DNA of 64,000 nucleotides from Candidatus Xenobia bacterium (lineage in GTDB: Bacteria; Acidobacteriota; Terriglobia; Acidiferrales; 2-02-FULL-67-57). Below are positions 1-8,411 of this stretch, one piece after another. The DNA lies in the NCBI GenBank assembly GCA_035573715.1, contig DATLZZ010000010.1, positions 246,746-310,745 on the forward strand, in the 5' to 3' direction. A program made the position numbers and the translations under genes. Below the pieces are notes generated by a model that ran no database searches, was not told the origin of the DNA, and saw only the letters and a list, made by a program, of their open reading frames with translations. How positions within the stretch are numbered: position 1 is the first letter of the stretch; each line of letters opens with the position of its first letter.

Positions 1-1415
1 GTCATTCCCGTAGAGCCCCCGTTGGTGGTTCCGCCGCCCTGGTCAATCACCACGACTTTGTCGATGTTGCCGAGCGGCGCCGCCACCGCGCCGAACACTC
101 CGGTCGAAGATTCGATGATGGCCGGCAGCTTCTCCAGCACGGTTTGCAGCTTGGCGGCGTCGTTGAACTGCTTCCAGGCTTCCGCTTTGCGGAGAATGGC
201 CGCGGCCTCGGCGGTGCCCTGCGCTTCGATGGCCTTGGCCTGCGCGAGCCCGATGGCTTCAATCTTCGCCGCTTCGGCTTTACCTTCTGCTTCCACCGCC
301 GCGGCGCGACCCAGACCTTCCTTGCGCAGCTTTTCCTGCTCGGCTTCCGCCAATGCAATCATCGCCGACTTGCGCCCTTCGGCCTCCAGGATGGCGGCCA
401 TTTTGGCGGCTTCGGCGCGGACGATGGCGGCCTGGCGCTCGGCATCGGCTGGCTTGATGACCGTCGCCTCCAGTTCCTTCTGCTTGCGCAGGATCTCCTG
501 TTCCTGCACGGCGATCATTTCCTGGGTGCGGGTGCGGTCGACCTTGACCTCTTCCGCCACCACGCCCTGGCGCGCCTGCGCCTCCGAGAGCGGCCCAGCC
601 TGCGCGGCGCGGGCTTTCTGCGCCTCGACCTCCGCCTGATACTGCGCCTGGCGCACCGCGAAGTCGCGCTGCGCCTGGGCAATCTCCGCCTCCGCGGAGA
701 ATTTGGCGCGCTCGCCTTCCTGCAGTGCCAGGGCCGACTTGATCTTGGCGTCGCGCTGCGCTTCGGCTTCGCCAATGGTGGCGTCGCGCTTGACCTCAGC
801 CGTGCGCCGCTTGCCCAGCGCGTCCAGGTAGCCTTCTTCGTCGCTGATTTCCTGAATCGTCAGCACGTCCACGCCCAGTCCCATTTTTTCCAGGTCGGTG
901 GCGGCTTCCGAGGTCAGCTTCTGGGCAAAGCTCTGCCGGTCGCTGTTGATTTCCTCCACCGTCAGCGTGCCCAGGATGGACCGCAGGTGGCCTTCCAGCG
1001 TCTGGAAGATGACGCGCTGGATCTCCGGCTGTGTCATCCCCAGGAAGCGCTCGGCAGCGGCCCGCAGCGAAGCATCGTCGCTGCGAATCTTGACGTTGGC
1101 GACCGCCTTCACCGTGACCGGCACGCCCTTGAGCGTGTAGGCGCGGCGAATTTCCAGCGGGATCGTCAGGACGTTGAGCGAGATGTAGTCCACTCGCTCC
1201 AGCAGCGGGATGCGCAGCACCGCGCCGCCCGGCACCAGCCGATAGCCCACCACCCGCCCGTCGGCCAGCTTGCGCTTGCGCCCGCTGAGCACGGCAACCG
1301 TGTTGGGTGGCACCTTGATGTAGTTGCGGCTGAACAGCCAGGCGGCGATGAACAGGCCGAGTACGACCAGCAGGACAACGACCGGCAGAGCCAGCGCGCT
1401 CAGTTCCTGGAACAT
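1..1415 (-). CDS. Flotillin / SPFH (band 7) domain protein; 3' end runs off the window
   Basis: Absent from the ORF track because it is open at the window edge. Minus-strand translation from the ATG (complement of 1413-1415) gives MFQELSALALPVVVLLVVLGLFIAAWLFSRNYIKVPPNTVAVLSGRKRK...LTIPLEIRRAYTLKGVPVTVKAVANVKIRSD...GEAEAQRDAKIK... This is a TM helix, an SPFH core and an Ala/Glu-rich coiled coil. It lies directly downstream of nfeD. Confidence 0.85.
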   Translation of the reverse strand, partial: MFQELSALALPVVVLLVVLGLFIAAWLFSRNYIKVPPNTVAVLSGRKRKLADGRVVGYRLVPGGAVLRIPLLERVDYISLNVLTIPLEIRRAYTLKGVPVTVKAVANVKIRSDDASLRAAAERFLGMTQPEIQRVIFQTLEGHLRSILGTLTVEEINSDRQSFAQKLTSEAATDLEKMGLGVDVLTIQEISDEEGYLDALGKRRTAEVKRDATIGEAEAQRDAKIKSALALQEGERAKFSAEAEIAQAQRDFAVRQAQYQAEVEAQKARAAQAGPLSEAQARQGVVAEEVKVDRTRTQEMIAVQEQEILRKQKELEATVIKPADAERQAAIVRAEAAKMAAILEAEGRKSAMIALAEAEQEKLRKEGLGRAAAVEAEGKAEAAKIEAIGLAQAKAIEAQGTAEAAAILRKAEAWKQFNDAAKLQTVLEKLPAIIESSTGVFGAVAAPLGNIDKVVVIDQGGGTTNGGSTGM

Positions 1416-1433
1416 GACGCCCTCCCCGATGCT

Positions 1434-1988
1434 CTACTGCCGTCGGACGACGACAGTCTCCCCGAGCACCTCTTCAATCTTGACTCCCACGTTTTCCGGA
1501 ATCGGCTGGCCGTCCTGGGCCCGGGCAATCTTGTCCACCAGCGCCTCGCCGATCTGGCAGCGCACCTGGCCGAGCCCGCCGGCGGGAATGGCAACGATGA
1601 CCCGCGCCGACTGGCCCACCAGGTCGGCCGTCTTGACTTCGCTCGAAGCCTGCTGGCCGTAGAGGAACCGCGCGAAGCCGTAGATGATGGAGCCGAAGAC
1701 CAGCCCGCTGGCTGCGCCCACCAGTGACGCGCCTACGGTGGACATCCCGTAATGAACTCCGATGGCACCGAAGCCGCCGAAGGCCATCACGAAGACGCTG
1801 ATGACGCGGGTGCTGAAAAAACCCGGGCCGCCGTGGCCGAGGTCCCCGCCCGCGTCGTGGTCGGCCGAGATATCGGCGTGCTCAAAGATTTCGCCGAAGA
1901 GCAGGGAGATGATCAGAAACAGGAATCCTACCGCGCCGATGGCGAGGAATATCCCGAAAGCGGAGAACTGCGACAACCAGTCCGACAT
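1434..1988 (-). CDS. NfeD family membrane protein
   Basis: 184 aa. The N-terminal half is multi-TM and Gly-rich. The C-terminus looks like a soluble OB-like domain (GQSARVIVAIPAGGLGQVRCQIGEALVDKIAR). It forms the classic pair with the downstream SPFH gene. Confidence 0.8.
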   Translation of the reverse strand: MSDWLSQFSAFGIFLAIGAVGFLFLIISLLFGEIFEHADISADHDAGGDLGHGGPGFFSTRVISVFVMAFGGFGAIGVHYGMSTVGASLVGAASGLVFGSIIYGFARFLYGQQASSEVKTADLVGQSARVIVAIPAGGLGQVRCQIGEALVDKIARAQDGQPIPENVGVKIEEVLGETVVVRRQ

Positions 1989-2038
1989 GGGTCTACCCCG
2001 CGAGTGAAACTAGACTCTACGGAAACACCGCGGCGAAG

Positions 2039-2995
2039 TCAATTCGAATCCGACGGCTTATCGTCGGCGAGGCGGAAGGGAAGGAGCGGCTCGCGGCGGA
2101 CGCGGAGGTCGAAGATGTCGGGCCGGTTGTAGTGGCCGGCGACGTCGAGGGCGAGCTTTTCCTCGCTGAGCCGTTCGAGGTCGAGCTCCGCCGTCAGCAG
2201 TTCCTCTTTTTCATACACTGGCTCGACCACGTACTTCGCGTCCGGGCCGATGATGCAGGAACCGCCGATGAGAAGCTGCTCGGGCGCGTCCTTGAAGTCG
2301 TCGGCCAGCTCGAAATCGGCCGGCAGGTCGGACTTGCGCAGCACCGAGGCGGCTGCCAGAACGAACGCGCGGCCTTCGAAGGCGTAGTGTCGCGAGGCAA
2401 TCAAGTAGGTCTCGCGCAGATGCGGCCAGGCGGCCACGTGCACCTGCTCATCCGAGGCGTGCAGCACCTGGCGCGCCAGCGGCATCCAGTGCTCCCAGCA
2501 GACCAGCCCGCCGACCTTGGCGCCGTCGAAGTCGTAGGTGGTGAGGCCAGCGGCGTCGCCATAGCCCCACACCAGCCGCTCACCAAACGTCGGAACCAGT
2601 TTGCGGTGGCGGCCCGCGAGCTTACCCTCGGGCGAAATGAACATCAGCGTGTTGTAGAGCGAGCCGCTGTGCGGGTCGCGCTCGTTGATGCCGATGACCA
2701 CGCCGGTCTTGGCCGCCCGTGCCGCCTGGCAGAGCTTCTCCGTATCGCCCGAAGGGACTTGAACGCTCTCCCGTACCAGCCGCGCGTGCAGCTTCTTCGA
2801 CGGTCCGTGGTCCCATTTGCCGAACGACCCGGCGTCGCACCACAGTGGGTAGCAGGGAACCCAGGTTTCAGGAAAAGCGACCAGGCGTGCGCCGCGCCGG
2901 CCCGCCTCGGTAATCCATTGGCAGGCCTTGTCAATGGTGGCGGCGCGGTTGAGCACCACCGGCGCCGCCTGCGCAATCGCAACTGTGAGTTTCAT
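2039..2995 (-). CDS. Nitrilase (carbon-nitrogen hydrolase family, branch 1-like)
   Basis: I start at the internal ATG (complement 2993-2995), giving MKLTVAIAQAAP. The Glu-Lys-Cys triad context is present: AFPETW, HRKLVPT, LVCWEHW. The track ORF 2039..3163 has a non-homologous 56-aa leader. Confidence 0.85.
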   Translation of the reverse strand: MKLTVAIAQAAPVVLNRAATIDKACQWITEAGRRGARLVAFPETWVPCYPLWCDAGSFGKWDHGPSKKLHARLVRESVQVPSGDTEKLCQAARAAKTGVVIGINERDPHSGSLYNTLMFISPEGKLAGRHRKLVPTFGERLVWGYGDAAGLTTYDFDGAKVGGLVCWEHWMPLARQVLHASDEQVHVAAWPHLRETYLIASRHYAFEGRAFVLAAASVLRKSDLPADFELADDFKDAPEQLLIGGSCIIGPDAKYVVEPVYEKEELLTAELDLERLSEEKLALDVAGHYNRPDIFDLRVRREPLLPFRLADDKPSDSN

Positions 2996-3228
2996 GTGAT
3001 CCAAACTCGTAGCCCCAGGCTCCTGCCTGAGGGAAAACCGCTCCGGATTCAATTCCCGGAGGCGAAGCCCCCGGGCTACGGGGCGGGGTTCGCTGTTCGG
3101 TTTGATTCTAAGCCTTGTCTCGACTTCTTGCCAGCAGCACGGCCGCGCCGTATACTCGCGCATCCGGTGCGCGAGGGGAGCCAGCAGCGCGCCGCCGGAG
3201 TGCGGGTAAACCGAGGAGACAACGCCCG

Positions 3229-4494
3229 ATGGCCATCATCACCCCCGACAAAGAAATGGCTGTCTACGAAAACATGGGGGCGCGCTTTGACGTCGCCGCC
3301 GCCAGGCTGGGCCTCGATGAAGGCTTCCAGCACGTCCTGCGCAGCCCCAACAAAGAGATTACGCTTTACCTGCCGGTGGGGATGGATAACGGCAAGCTGG
3401 AGGTCTTTGTCGGCTACCGCGTGCAACACTCGATTGTGCGCGGGCCGGCCAAGGGCGGCATTCGCTACTCGCTCGACGTCACGCTCGACGAAGTCCGCGC
3501 CCTGGCCTCCTGGATGACCTGGAAGTGCGCGGTGGTCAACATTCCCTTCGGCGGCGCCAAAGGCGGCATCGTCTGCGACCCCAGCTCGCTGAGCCGGCGC
3601 GAGCTTGAGGCCATCACCCGGCGCTACACCGCCGAGCTGATGGACTTCCTCGGCCCCGAGCGCGACGTCCCCGCCCCCGACCTCGGCACCAACGAGCAGG
3701 TCATGGCCTGGGTGATGGACACCTATTCGATGCACATGCGCCACACCACCACGGCGGTGGTCACCGGCAAGCCGCTCGACCTCGGCGGCTCCCGCGGGCG
3801 CCGCGAGGCTACCGGGCGCGGCTGCCTCATCGTCACCGAGCGCCTGCTCAACAAGCTCAACCGGCGGCGCGAAGGCCAGCGCGTCGTCGTCCAGGGCTTT
3901 GGGAACGTCGGCTCGGTCTCCGCCAAGCTGATGGCCGAGGCGGGCTACAAGATTGTTGGCGTGGCCGACGTGCACGGGGCCATCTACAACCCCAAGGGCA
4001 TTGACGTGCCGAAGCTGATTGAGTACGCGCTGGAGACCGGCACGGTGAAGGACTTCCCCGGCTGCGACAAGGTCAACCGGAACGAAGTGCTCTTCCTCGA
4101 TTGCGACATCCTGGTGCCGGCGGCGGTCGAGAACGTCATCACCAGCCACAACGCCGACCGCATCAAGGCCTCCATCATCATCGAGGCCGCCAACGGGCCC
4201 ACCACCGCGCTGGCGGATGAGATTCTGGAAGACAAGAAGATTCACGTGGTGCCCGACATCCTGGCCAACGCCGGCGGCGTCACGGTCAGCTACTTCGAGT
4301 GGGTGCAGGACCGCGAAGGCTACTTCTGGCCGGAGTCGCTGGTCAACGACCGCCTCGAGCACATGATGATCGAGAGCTTCGAGGACGTATACGCCTACGC
4401 GCAACGCCACAACGTGAGCTTGCGCATCGCCGCCTATATGCTGGCGATTGACCGCGTCGCCTTCGCCCTCAAGCTCCGCGGCCTCTACGCCTGA
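3229..4494 (+). CDS. gdhA: Glutamate dehydrogenase
   Basis: ATG at 3229 is preceded by GAGGAG (3214-3219). Motifs [19 protein letters not shown] and a GFGNVG Rossmann loop. About 421 aa. Confidence 0.93.
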   Translation: MAIITPDKEMAVYENMGARFDVAAARLGLDEGFQHVLRSPNKEITLYLPVGMDNGKLEVFVGYRVQHSIVRGPAKGGIRYSLDVTLDEVRALASWMTWKCAVVNIPFGGAKGGIVCDPSSLSRRELEAITRRYTAELMDFLGPERDVPAPDLGTNEQVMAWVMDTYSMHMRHTTTAVVTGKPLDLGGSRGRREATGRGCLIVTERLLNKLNRRREGQRVVVQGFGNVGSVSAKLMAEAGYKIVGVADVHGAIYNPKGIDVPKLIEYALETGTVKDFPGCDKVNRNEVLFLDCDILVPAAVENVITSHNADRIKASIIIEAANGPTTALADEILEDKKIHVVPDILANAGGVTVSYFEWVQDREGYFWPESLVNDRLEHMMIESFEDVYAYAQRHNVSLRIAAYMLAIDRVAFALKLRGLYA

Positions 4495-4498
4495 GATT

Positions 4499-4570
4499 GG
4501 CCACCAAGTCACAAAGACACAAAGCAGTGATGGTCGCGTTCTTCCTTTGTGCCTCCGTGTCTTTGTGGCC
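4499..4570. repeat. Imperfect inverted repeat built from tandem CACAAAG-type units
   Basis: Left arm is GGCCACCAAGTCACAAAGACACAAAG. Right arm is CTTTGTGCCTCCGTGTCTTTGTGGCC, with complementary termini GGCCAC/GTGGCC. It starts 5 nt after the gdh stop. Its architecture matches the 7360-7459 element. Confidence 0.6.
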
Positions 4571-5387
4571 CGCCCCCTTGTCGGCGCAGAAGCCGGTGGA
4601 CCGCGTGGAACTCGAGTATCGCCCACCGACGCTGCTGGTGGAAGCCAAGGTGAACGGCAAGGGGCCGTTCTGGTTCGCCTTCGATACCGGCGCCAGCACC
4701 AGCCTGATTGACGCTCGCGTGTCACAACGGCTGAAGCTGAAGCCCGAGCAGCGGCCCGATCGCGAAGGGCCGTACTTCACCCGCGCGCGCACGCTGGCGG
4801 TGGGGAGAGCTAAGGCGCGCGACTTGGAACTGGTCATCCGCGACTTCGCGCCGCTCTCGGAGCGCATCGGGCGCGAGGTGGCCGGCATCGTCGGCTACAA
4901 CTGGATGGAGCAGTTTGTGTTTGAGATTGATTACCGCAGCCTTCGGCTGACCATTTGGCCAAGCACCACAGAACTCATCCCGCGCGCGGACCAGTTTCCT
5001 GTGCCGCTCGAGCTGCGCTCGGTGCGCGGCCTCACCGGCGCCATCATTTATGTCCCGGCGCAGATGGAAGGCAAGCACCGCTGTCCGGCGGAAATTGACA
5101 CCGGAACCGACCTGGGAATACTCGGGCGGCAGATGGCGCTGGAGCTCGGCGTGGACGTCAACCGGCTCGGCGGGCAGCGGGAGCGCCCGCGGCATGAGGT
5201 GCGGCGGCTCGATGTCGCCGGGCGCACTTATGCGAATGTGCCCTTCTACGTCGACCCGCGCCGGGGCGCCGACGCCAATCCCTACGCCCAGTGCATCCTC
5301 GGCAACGAGGTGCTGAAAGAGTTTGTGCTGACAATTGACATCCCGCGCCGCCGCGCCTTCTTTCGCTGGCGACTGCCGCCGCCTTAG
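4530..5387 (+). CDS. Retropepsin-like aspartyl protease with two DTG lobes; start uncertain
   Basis: Two catalytic-type motifs, FAFDTGAS and AEIDTGTD. With ATG 4530 the N-terminus MVAFFLCASVSLWPAPLSAQ resembles a signal peptide, but it is encoded by the right arm of the 4499-4570 inverted repeat. The track uses TTG 4497. Confidence 0.7.
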   Translation: MVAFFLCASVSLWPAPLSAQKPVDRVELEYRPPTLLVEAKVNGKGPFWFAFDTGASTSLIDARVSQRLKLKPEQRPDREGPYFTRARTLAVGRAKARDLELVIRDFAPLSERIGREVAGIVGYNWMEQFVFEIDYRSLRLTIWPSTTELIPRADQFPVPLELRSVRGLTGAIIYVPAQMEGKHRCPAEIDTGTDLGILGRQMALELGVDVNRLGGQRERPRHEVRRLDVAGRTYANVPFYVDPRRGADANPYAQCILGNEVLKEFVLTIDIPRRRAFFRWRLPPP

Positions 5388-5440
5388 GCGACTCTTGCGA
5401 GGCGTGCGCGGTTTCGCTATGCTGCGCCTTCCGAAAGCCC

Positions 5441-6337
5441 ATGCCTGAGACTCTCAGTCCCGGAAAGCTGAAAACCGAGGACGAGCACCGCCGCGACATC
5501 TGCCTGGTCGGCCGCTGGATTCACGCCCGCGAGTACGTGGCCGCCACCGACGGCAACCTTTCGGTGCGGCTGGACAACCAGCGGGTCCTGGCCACGCCGA
5601 CGCTGATGTCGAAAGGCATGATGGAGCCCGACGACCTGGTGGTGGTCGATTACCAGGGCAACAAGCTCAGCGGGCGGCGCAACGCCTCCAGCGAAATCGC
5701 CATGCATCTGCTGATTTATCGTCGCCGCCCCGACGTGAACGCCGTCGTGCATGCTCACCCGCCCACCGCCACCGGCTACGCCGCCGCCGGGCTGGCGCTC
5801 AACCAGGCGCTCATCAGCGAAGTGGTGCTGGCGCTGGGCTGCATCCCGCTGGCGCAGTACGGCACGCCCGGCACGCCGGAGCTGTCCGATGCGTTGAGCC
5901 CGCTGGTCGGCAGCTACGACGCCCTGCTGATGGCCAACCACGGCGTCGTCACCTACGGCACCGACCTGCTCACCGCCTACATGCGGATGGAGACGGTGGA
6001 GCACTTCGCGCGCATTTCGCTGGTGACGCATCTGCTTGGCCGGCAGGTGCTGCTTTCCCGCGAGGAGGTGGAGAAGCTCGGCGAAGCGCGGCAGAAGTAT
6101 TTCGGCAGCCTGGGAGCGCCGGTGGCGCCGCTGACGGAGTCCTGCCCGGTGGCGGCGAATCCTTCGCCGCCGCCGGCCGTGGCTTCCCCTCCGGCGACGG
6201 AGCGGAAGCCGGCCCACCCGTCCGCGGGCGGACGGATTGGATCGGTGCCTCGCGGCCCGCGGGACCGTCTCTGGGTGACGCAGGACGAGCTTGAAGCTCT
6301 CATTGACGAAGCCGTGAAATCTGGTAGAGTTCGCTAG
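5441..6337 (+). CDS. Class II aldolase/adducin-family protein (fuculose/rhamnulose-1-phosphate aldolase-like) with C-terminal extension
   Basis: Catalytic and metal motifs SSEIAMH, VVHAHPP and MANHGVV. The aldolase domain ends near residue 220. It is followed by a Pro/Ala-rich linker and the terminal helix [19 protein letters not shown]. Confidence 0.85.
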   Translation: MPETLSPGKLKTEDEHRRDICLVGRWIHAREYVAATDGNLSVRLDNQRVLATPTLMSKGMMEPDDLVVVDYQGNKLSGRRNASSEIAMHLLIYRRRPDVNAVVHAHPPTATGYAAAGLALNQALISEVVLALGCIPLAQYGTPGTPELSDALSPLVGSYDALLMANHGVVTYGTDLLTAYMRMETVEHFARISLVTHLLGRQVLLSREEVEKLGEARQKYFGSLGAPVAPLTESCPVAANPSPPPAVASPPATERKPAHPSAGGRIGSVPRGPRDRLWVTQDELEALIDEAVKSGRVR

Positions 6338-6357
6338 ACCCGACAGGAGGAACCGGT

Positions 6358-6654
6358 ATGGGTGAAGCGCTGGGCATGATTGAGACTCGGGGGTTCGTGG
6401 CCATGATCGAGGCCTCCGACGCCATGGTGAAGGCGGCCAAGGTCACGCTGGTGGGCTGGGAGAAAATCGGTTCGGGCTACGTCACCGCGCTGGTGCGCGG
6501 CGACGTAGCGGCGGTGAAGGCCGCCACCGACGCCGGCGCTGCCGCGGCTCGCCGCGTCGGCGAACTGATTGCGGTGCACGTCATCCCGCGGCCGCACCCG
6601 TCGCTGGAAGACGTGCTGCCCATCGGCAAGGCCGCCGAGCTGGTCGCCCGCTAG
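6358..6654 (+). CDS. BMC-H shell protein (PduA/EutM/CcmK-type, single Pfam00936-like domain)
   Basis: [60 protein letters not shown]...[16 protein letters not shown] is a textbook BMC hexamer sequence. GGAGGA RBS upstream. Confidence 0.93.
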   Translation: MGEALGMIETRGFVAMIEASDAMVKAAKVTLVGWEKIGSGYVTALVRGDVAAVKAATDAGAAAARRVGELIAVHVIPRPHPSLEDVLPIGKAAELVAR

Positions 6655-6753
6655 GCGCGCTGCTCCCTCCGCCCAGCGGCCACGGCCGCTGGGCCGCGCG
6701 GCCTTGTCGGGAGGGCACGACTCTTGTTGTGCCGTTCCGCGGGTTCTTTCTGT

Positions 6754-6767
6754 GGGGCTTTAGCCCC
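6754..6767. repeat. GGGGCTTTAGCCCC hairpin motif (member of the dispersed repeat family)
   Basis: 5-bp stem with TTTA loop, followed by TGAGGGTTTTT. The same string GGGGCTTTAGCCCCTGA recurs at 13112-13128. A variant GCGGCTTTAGCCGCTGA lies at 10221-10237. Confidence 0.6.
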
Positions 6768-6785
6768 TGAGGGTTTTTCAAGCCT

Positions 6786-7088
6786 ATGCTCCTCGCTCGA
6801 GTCGTCGGAACCGTCGTCGCCACCCGCAAAGACCCTCGCCTGGAAGGGAAGAAGCTGCTCATCGTGCGCACTATGACGCCGGACGGGAAAGAAGACGGCA
6901 ACTATCTGGTCGCGGTGGACACGGTCCACGCCGGCGCGGGCGAAAAGGTTCTCATCGTCCAGGGCGGCTCGGCCCGCATGGCCGACGGCTGCAAGGACCG
7001 CCCAGTGGACACCGCCATCATCGGCATCGTCGACACCGTCCGCCTCGACGAGCAGCCCGCCGCCGTCGCGGCCTCCGCCCCCAAGTAA
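6786..7088 (+). CDS. BMC-P pentamer/vertex protein (EutN/CcmL/PduN family), paralog 1
   Basis: MLLARVVGTVVATRKDPRLEGKKLLIV...AVDTVHAGAGEKVLIVQGGSAR...DTAIIGIVDTV shows the typical EutN/CcmL pattern. Confidence 0.9.
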   Translation: MLLARVVGTVVATRKDPRLEGKKLLIVRTMTPDGKEDGNYLVAVDTVHAGAGEKVLIVQGGSARMADGCKDRPVDTAIIGIVDTVRLDEQPAAVAASAPK

Positions 7089-7361
7089 ATGCTGCTCGGC
7101 AAAGTCATCGGCAACGTGGTTTGCACGGTGAAGAACCCTGTGCTGGAAGGAATCAAGCTGCTGGTGGTGCAGCCGCTCGACCGCGCCGGCAAGCCGAAAG
7201 GCAAGCCGATGATCGGGCTCGATGCCGTGGGCGCGGGCGCCGGCGAGACGGTTTACTGGTGCCGCGGGCGCGAGGCCAGCTTCGTCTGGTATCCCACCGA
7301 GGTGCCAACGGAGTGCACCATCGTCGCCATAGTCGACCGCGTAGAAACAGAGAAAGGGTAA
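7089..7361 (+). CDS. BMC-P pentamer/vertex protein, paralog 2
   Basis: MLLGKVIGNVVCTVKNPVLEGIKLLVVQPLD...GLDAVGAGAGETVYW...TIVAIVDRV. Its ATG immediately follows the TAA of paralog 1. Confidence 0.9.
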   Translation: MLLGKVIGNVVCTVKNPVLEGIKLLVVQPLDRAGKPKGKPMIGLDAVGAGAGETVYWCRGREASFVWYPTEVPTECTIVAIVDRVETEKG

Positions 7362-7459
7362 CCACAGATTCACACAGATGAACACAGATAAGGAACGCCG
7401 ACAAAAGCAGGGACTGTTTGTGTTTTTCCTCTGTGTGTATCTGTGTGCATCTGTGGTTT
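7360..7459. repeat. Inverted repeat whose arms each hold three 10-nt-periodic CACAGAT units
   Basis: Left arm AACCACAGATTCACACAGATGAACACAGAT (7360-7389). Right arm CTCTGTGTGTATCTGTGTGCATCTGTGGTT (7430-7459), a near-perfect reverse complement. The loop is about 40 nt. It sits between BMC-P2 and BMC-P3. Confidence 0.8.
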
Positions 7460-7469
7460 CGAATTCTCC

Positions 7470-7739
7470 ATGCTGATTGGCAGAGTCATCGGCGAGGTGT
7501 GGGCGACGCAGAAGACGCCCTCGCACGAGGCGCGCAAGTGCCTCTACGTGCAGCCGCTGGCGCTCGACGGCGCCGACCGCGGCGACCCGATCCTGGCGCT
7601 CGACGCGGTGGATGCCGGCGTGGGCGACCGCGTGCTGGTGGTCACTGAAGGCTACTCGGCCATGACGGCGGTGGGCCGCCCCAATTCGCCCATCGATATG
7701 GCCGTCGTCGGCGTCGTCGACGCGGTCGAGCTCGACTAG
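7470..7739 (+). CDS. BMC-P pentamer/vertex protein, paralog 3
   Basis: I start at ATG 7470, giving MLIGRVIGEVWATQKTPSHEARKCLYVQPL...ALDAVDAGVGDRVLVVTEGYSA...DMAVVGVVDAV. The track start at 7443 lies inside the repeat arm. Confidence 0.88.
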   Translation: MLIGRVIGEVWATQKTPSHEARKCLYVQPLALDGADRGDPILALDAVDAGVGDRVLVVTEGYSAMTAVGRPNSPIDMAVVGVVDAVELD

Positions 7740-7781
7740 CTGCTTGCCAGACTCGCGGGCCTCGCGCATAATCGCACGCGC

Positions 7782-8381
7782 ATGATTGGGTACCTGCGCG
7801 GAACCATCCTTTCCAAAAAGCCCTACGAAATTCTTCTCGATGTGAACGGCGTGGGTTACGAGCTGCGCGTGCCCTATTCGACCTCGCAACTCCCCGCCAG
7901 TGGCAGGGAGCTGAGCCTGGTGGTGCATACCCACGTGCGCGAGGATGCGATTACGCTCTACGGCTTCAAGACCGCCGCCGAGCGCGAAATGTTCCACCAG
8001 CTGCTGACGGTAAAAAACGTGGGGCCGAAGATGGCGCTGATGGTGCTGGCGGCGGTCGCACCGGCCGACATCACCAACGCCATCCGGCGCAACAACCCGC
8101 TGGCGCTGGTGGTGCCGGGCATCGGGCCGAAAACGGCCGAGCGCATCGTGCAGGAACTGCGCACCAGCTTGGTTTCGGTCGAGGCCGAGGCCACGCCGGC
8201 GCCGGGGCCGCCGCTCAGCGATGCGGCCGAAGAGGCTGTCTCGGCGCTGGAGAACATGGGATGTGACCCCAAGCTCGCCCAGAAGGCCGTGCGGGAGGTG
8301 CTACAATCGTCGAAGAGCGAAGCTGGATTCGAAGTGCTGATGAAAGGGGCGCTGCAGTGGCTACGAGAGAAAAGGCGATAG
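7782..8381 (+). CDS. ruvA: Holliday junction branch migration complex subunit RuvA
   Basis: MIGYLRGTILSKKPYEILLDVNGVGYELRVP...LYGF...ERE.F..L..V.GVGPK...PGIGPKTAERIV. Confidence 0.93.
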   Translation: MIGYLRGTILSKKPYEILLDVNGVGYELRVPYSTSQLPASGRELSLVVHTHVREDAITLYGFKTAAEREMFHQLLTVKNVGPKMALMVLAAVAPADITNAIRRNNPLALVVPGIGPKTAERIVQELRTSLVSVEAEATPAPGPPLSDAAEEAVSALENMGCDPKLAQKAVREVLQSSKSEAGFEVLMKGALQWLREKRR

Positions 8382-8411
8382 TCCCGCCCAGCGGAACGAT
8401 GGCGGCCTGAT

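Noticed and set aside
144-1727. 527-aa plus-strand ORF across the left end
   Set aside because: It is an antisense shadow of the flotillin and nfeD genes. The translation is Arg/Gly/Leu/Ala-rich low complexity with no motifs. The minus-strand frames give textbook SPFH and NfeD sequences.
2039-2995. The nitrilase as part of the pyrimidine pathway or of the BMC locus
   Set aside because: It is on the opposite strand, separated by gdh and the protease. It belongs to the true nitrilase branch (CWEH motif), unlike the beta-ureidopropionase at 41659-42561. No linkage evidence exists.
3076-4725. 549-aa minus-strand ORF
   Set aside because: It is antisense to gdh, which has unmistakable glutamate dehydrogenase motifs. 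High-GC genomes routinely give long open antisense frames.
7360-7459. Possible tiny CRISPR array, because of the regularly spaced CACAGAT repeats
   Set aside because: The period is only 10 nt with no spacers of CRISPR length. The two halves are reverse complements of each other. No cas genes are present. It is an inverted repeat built from short tandem units.
6651-7997. 448-aa minus-strand ORF covering the BMC-P genes
   Set aside because: It is antisense to three well-conserved EutN/CcmL genes and runs straight through the 7360-7459 inverted repeat. Its composition is shadow-like.
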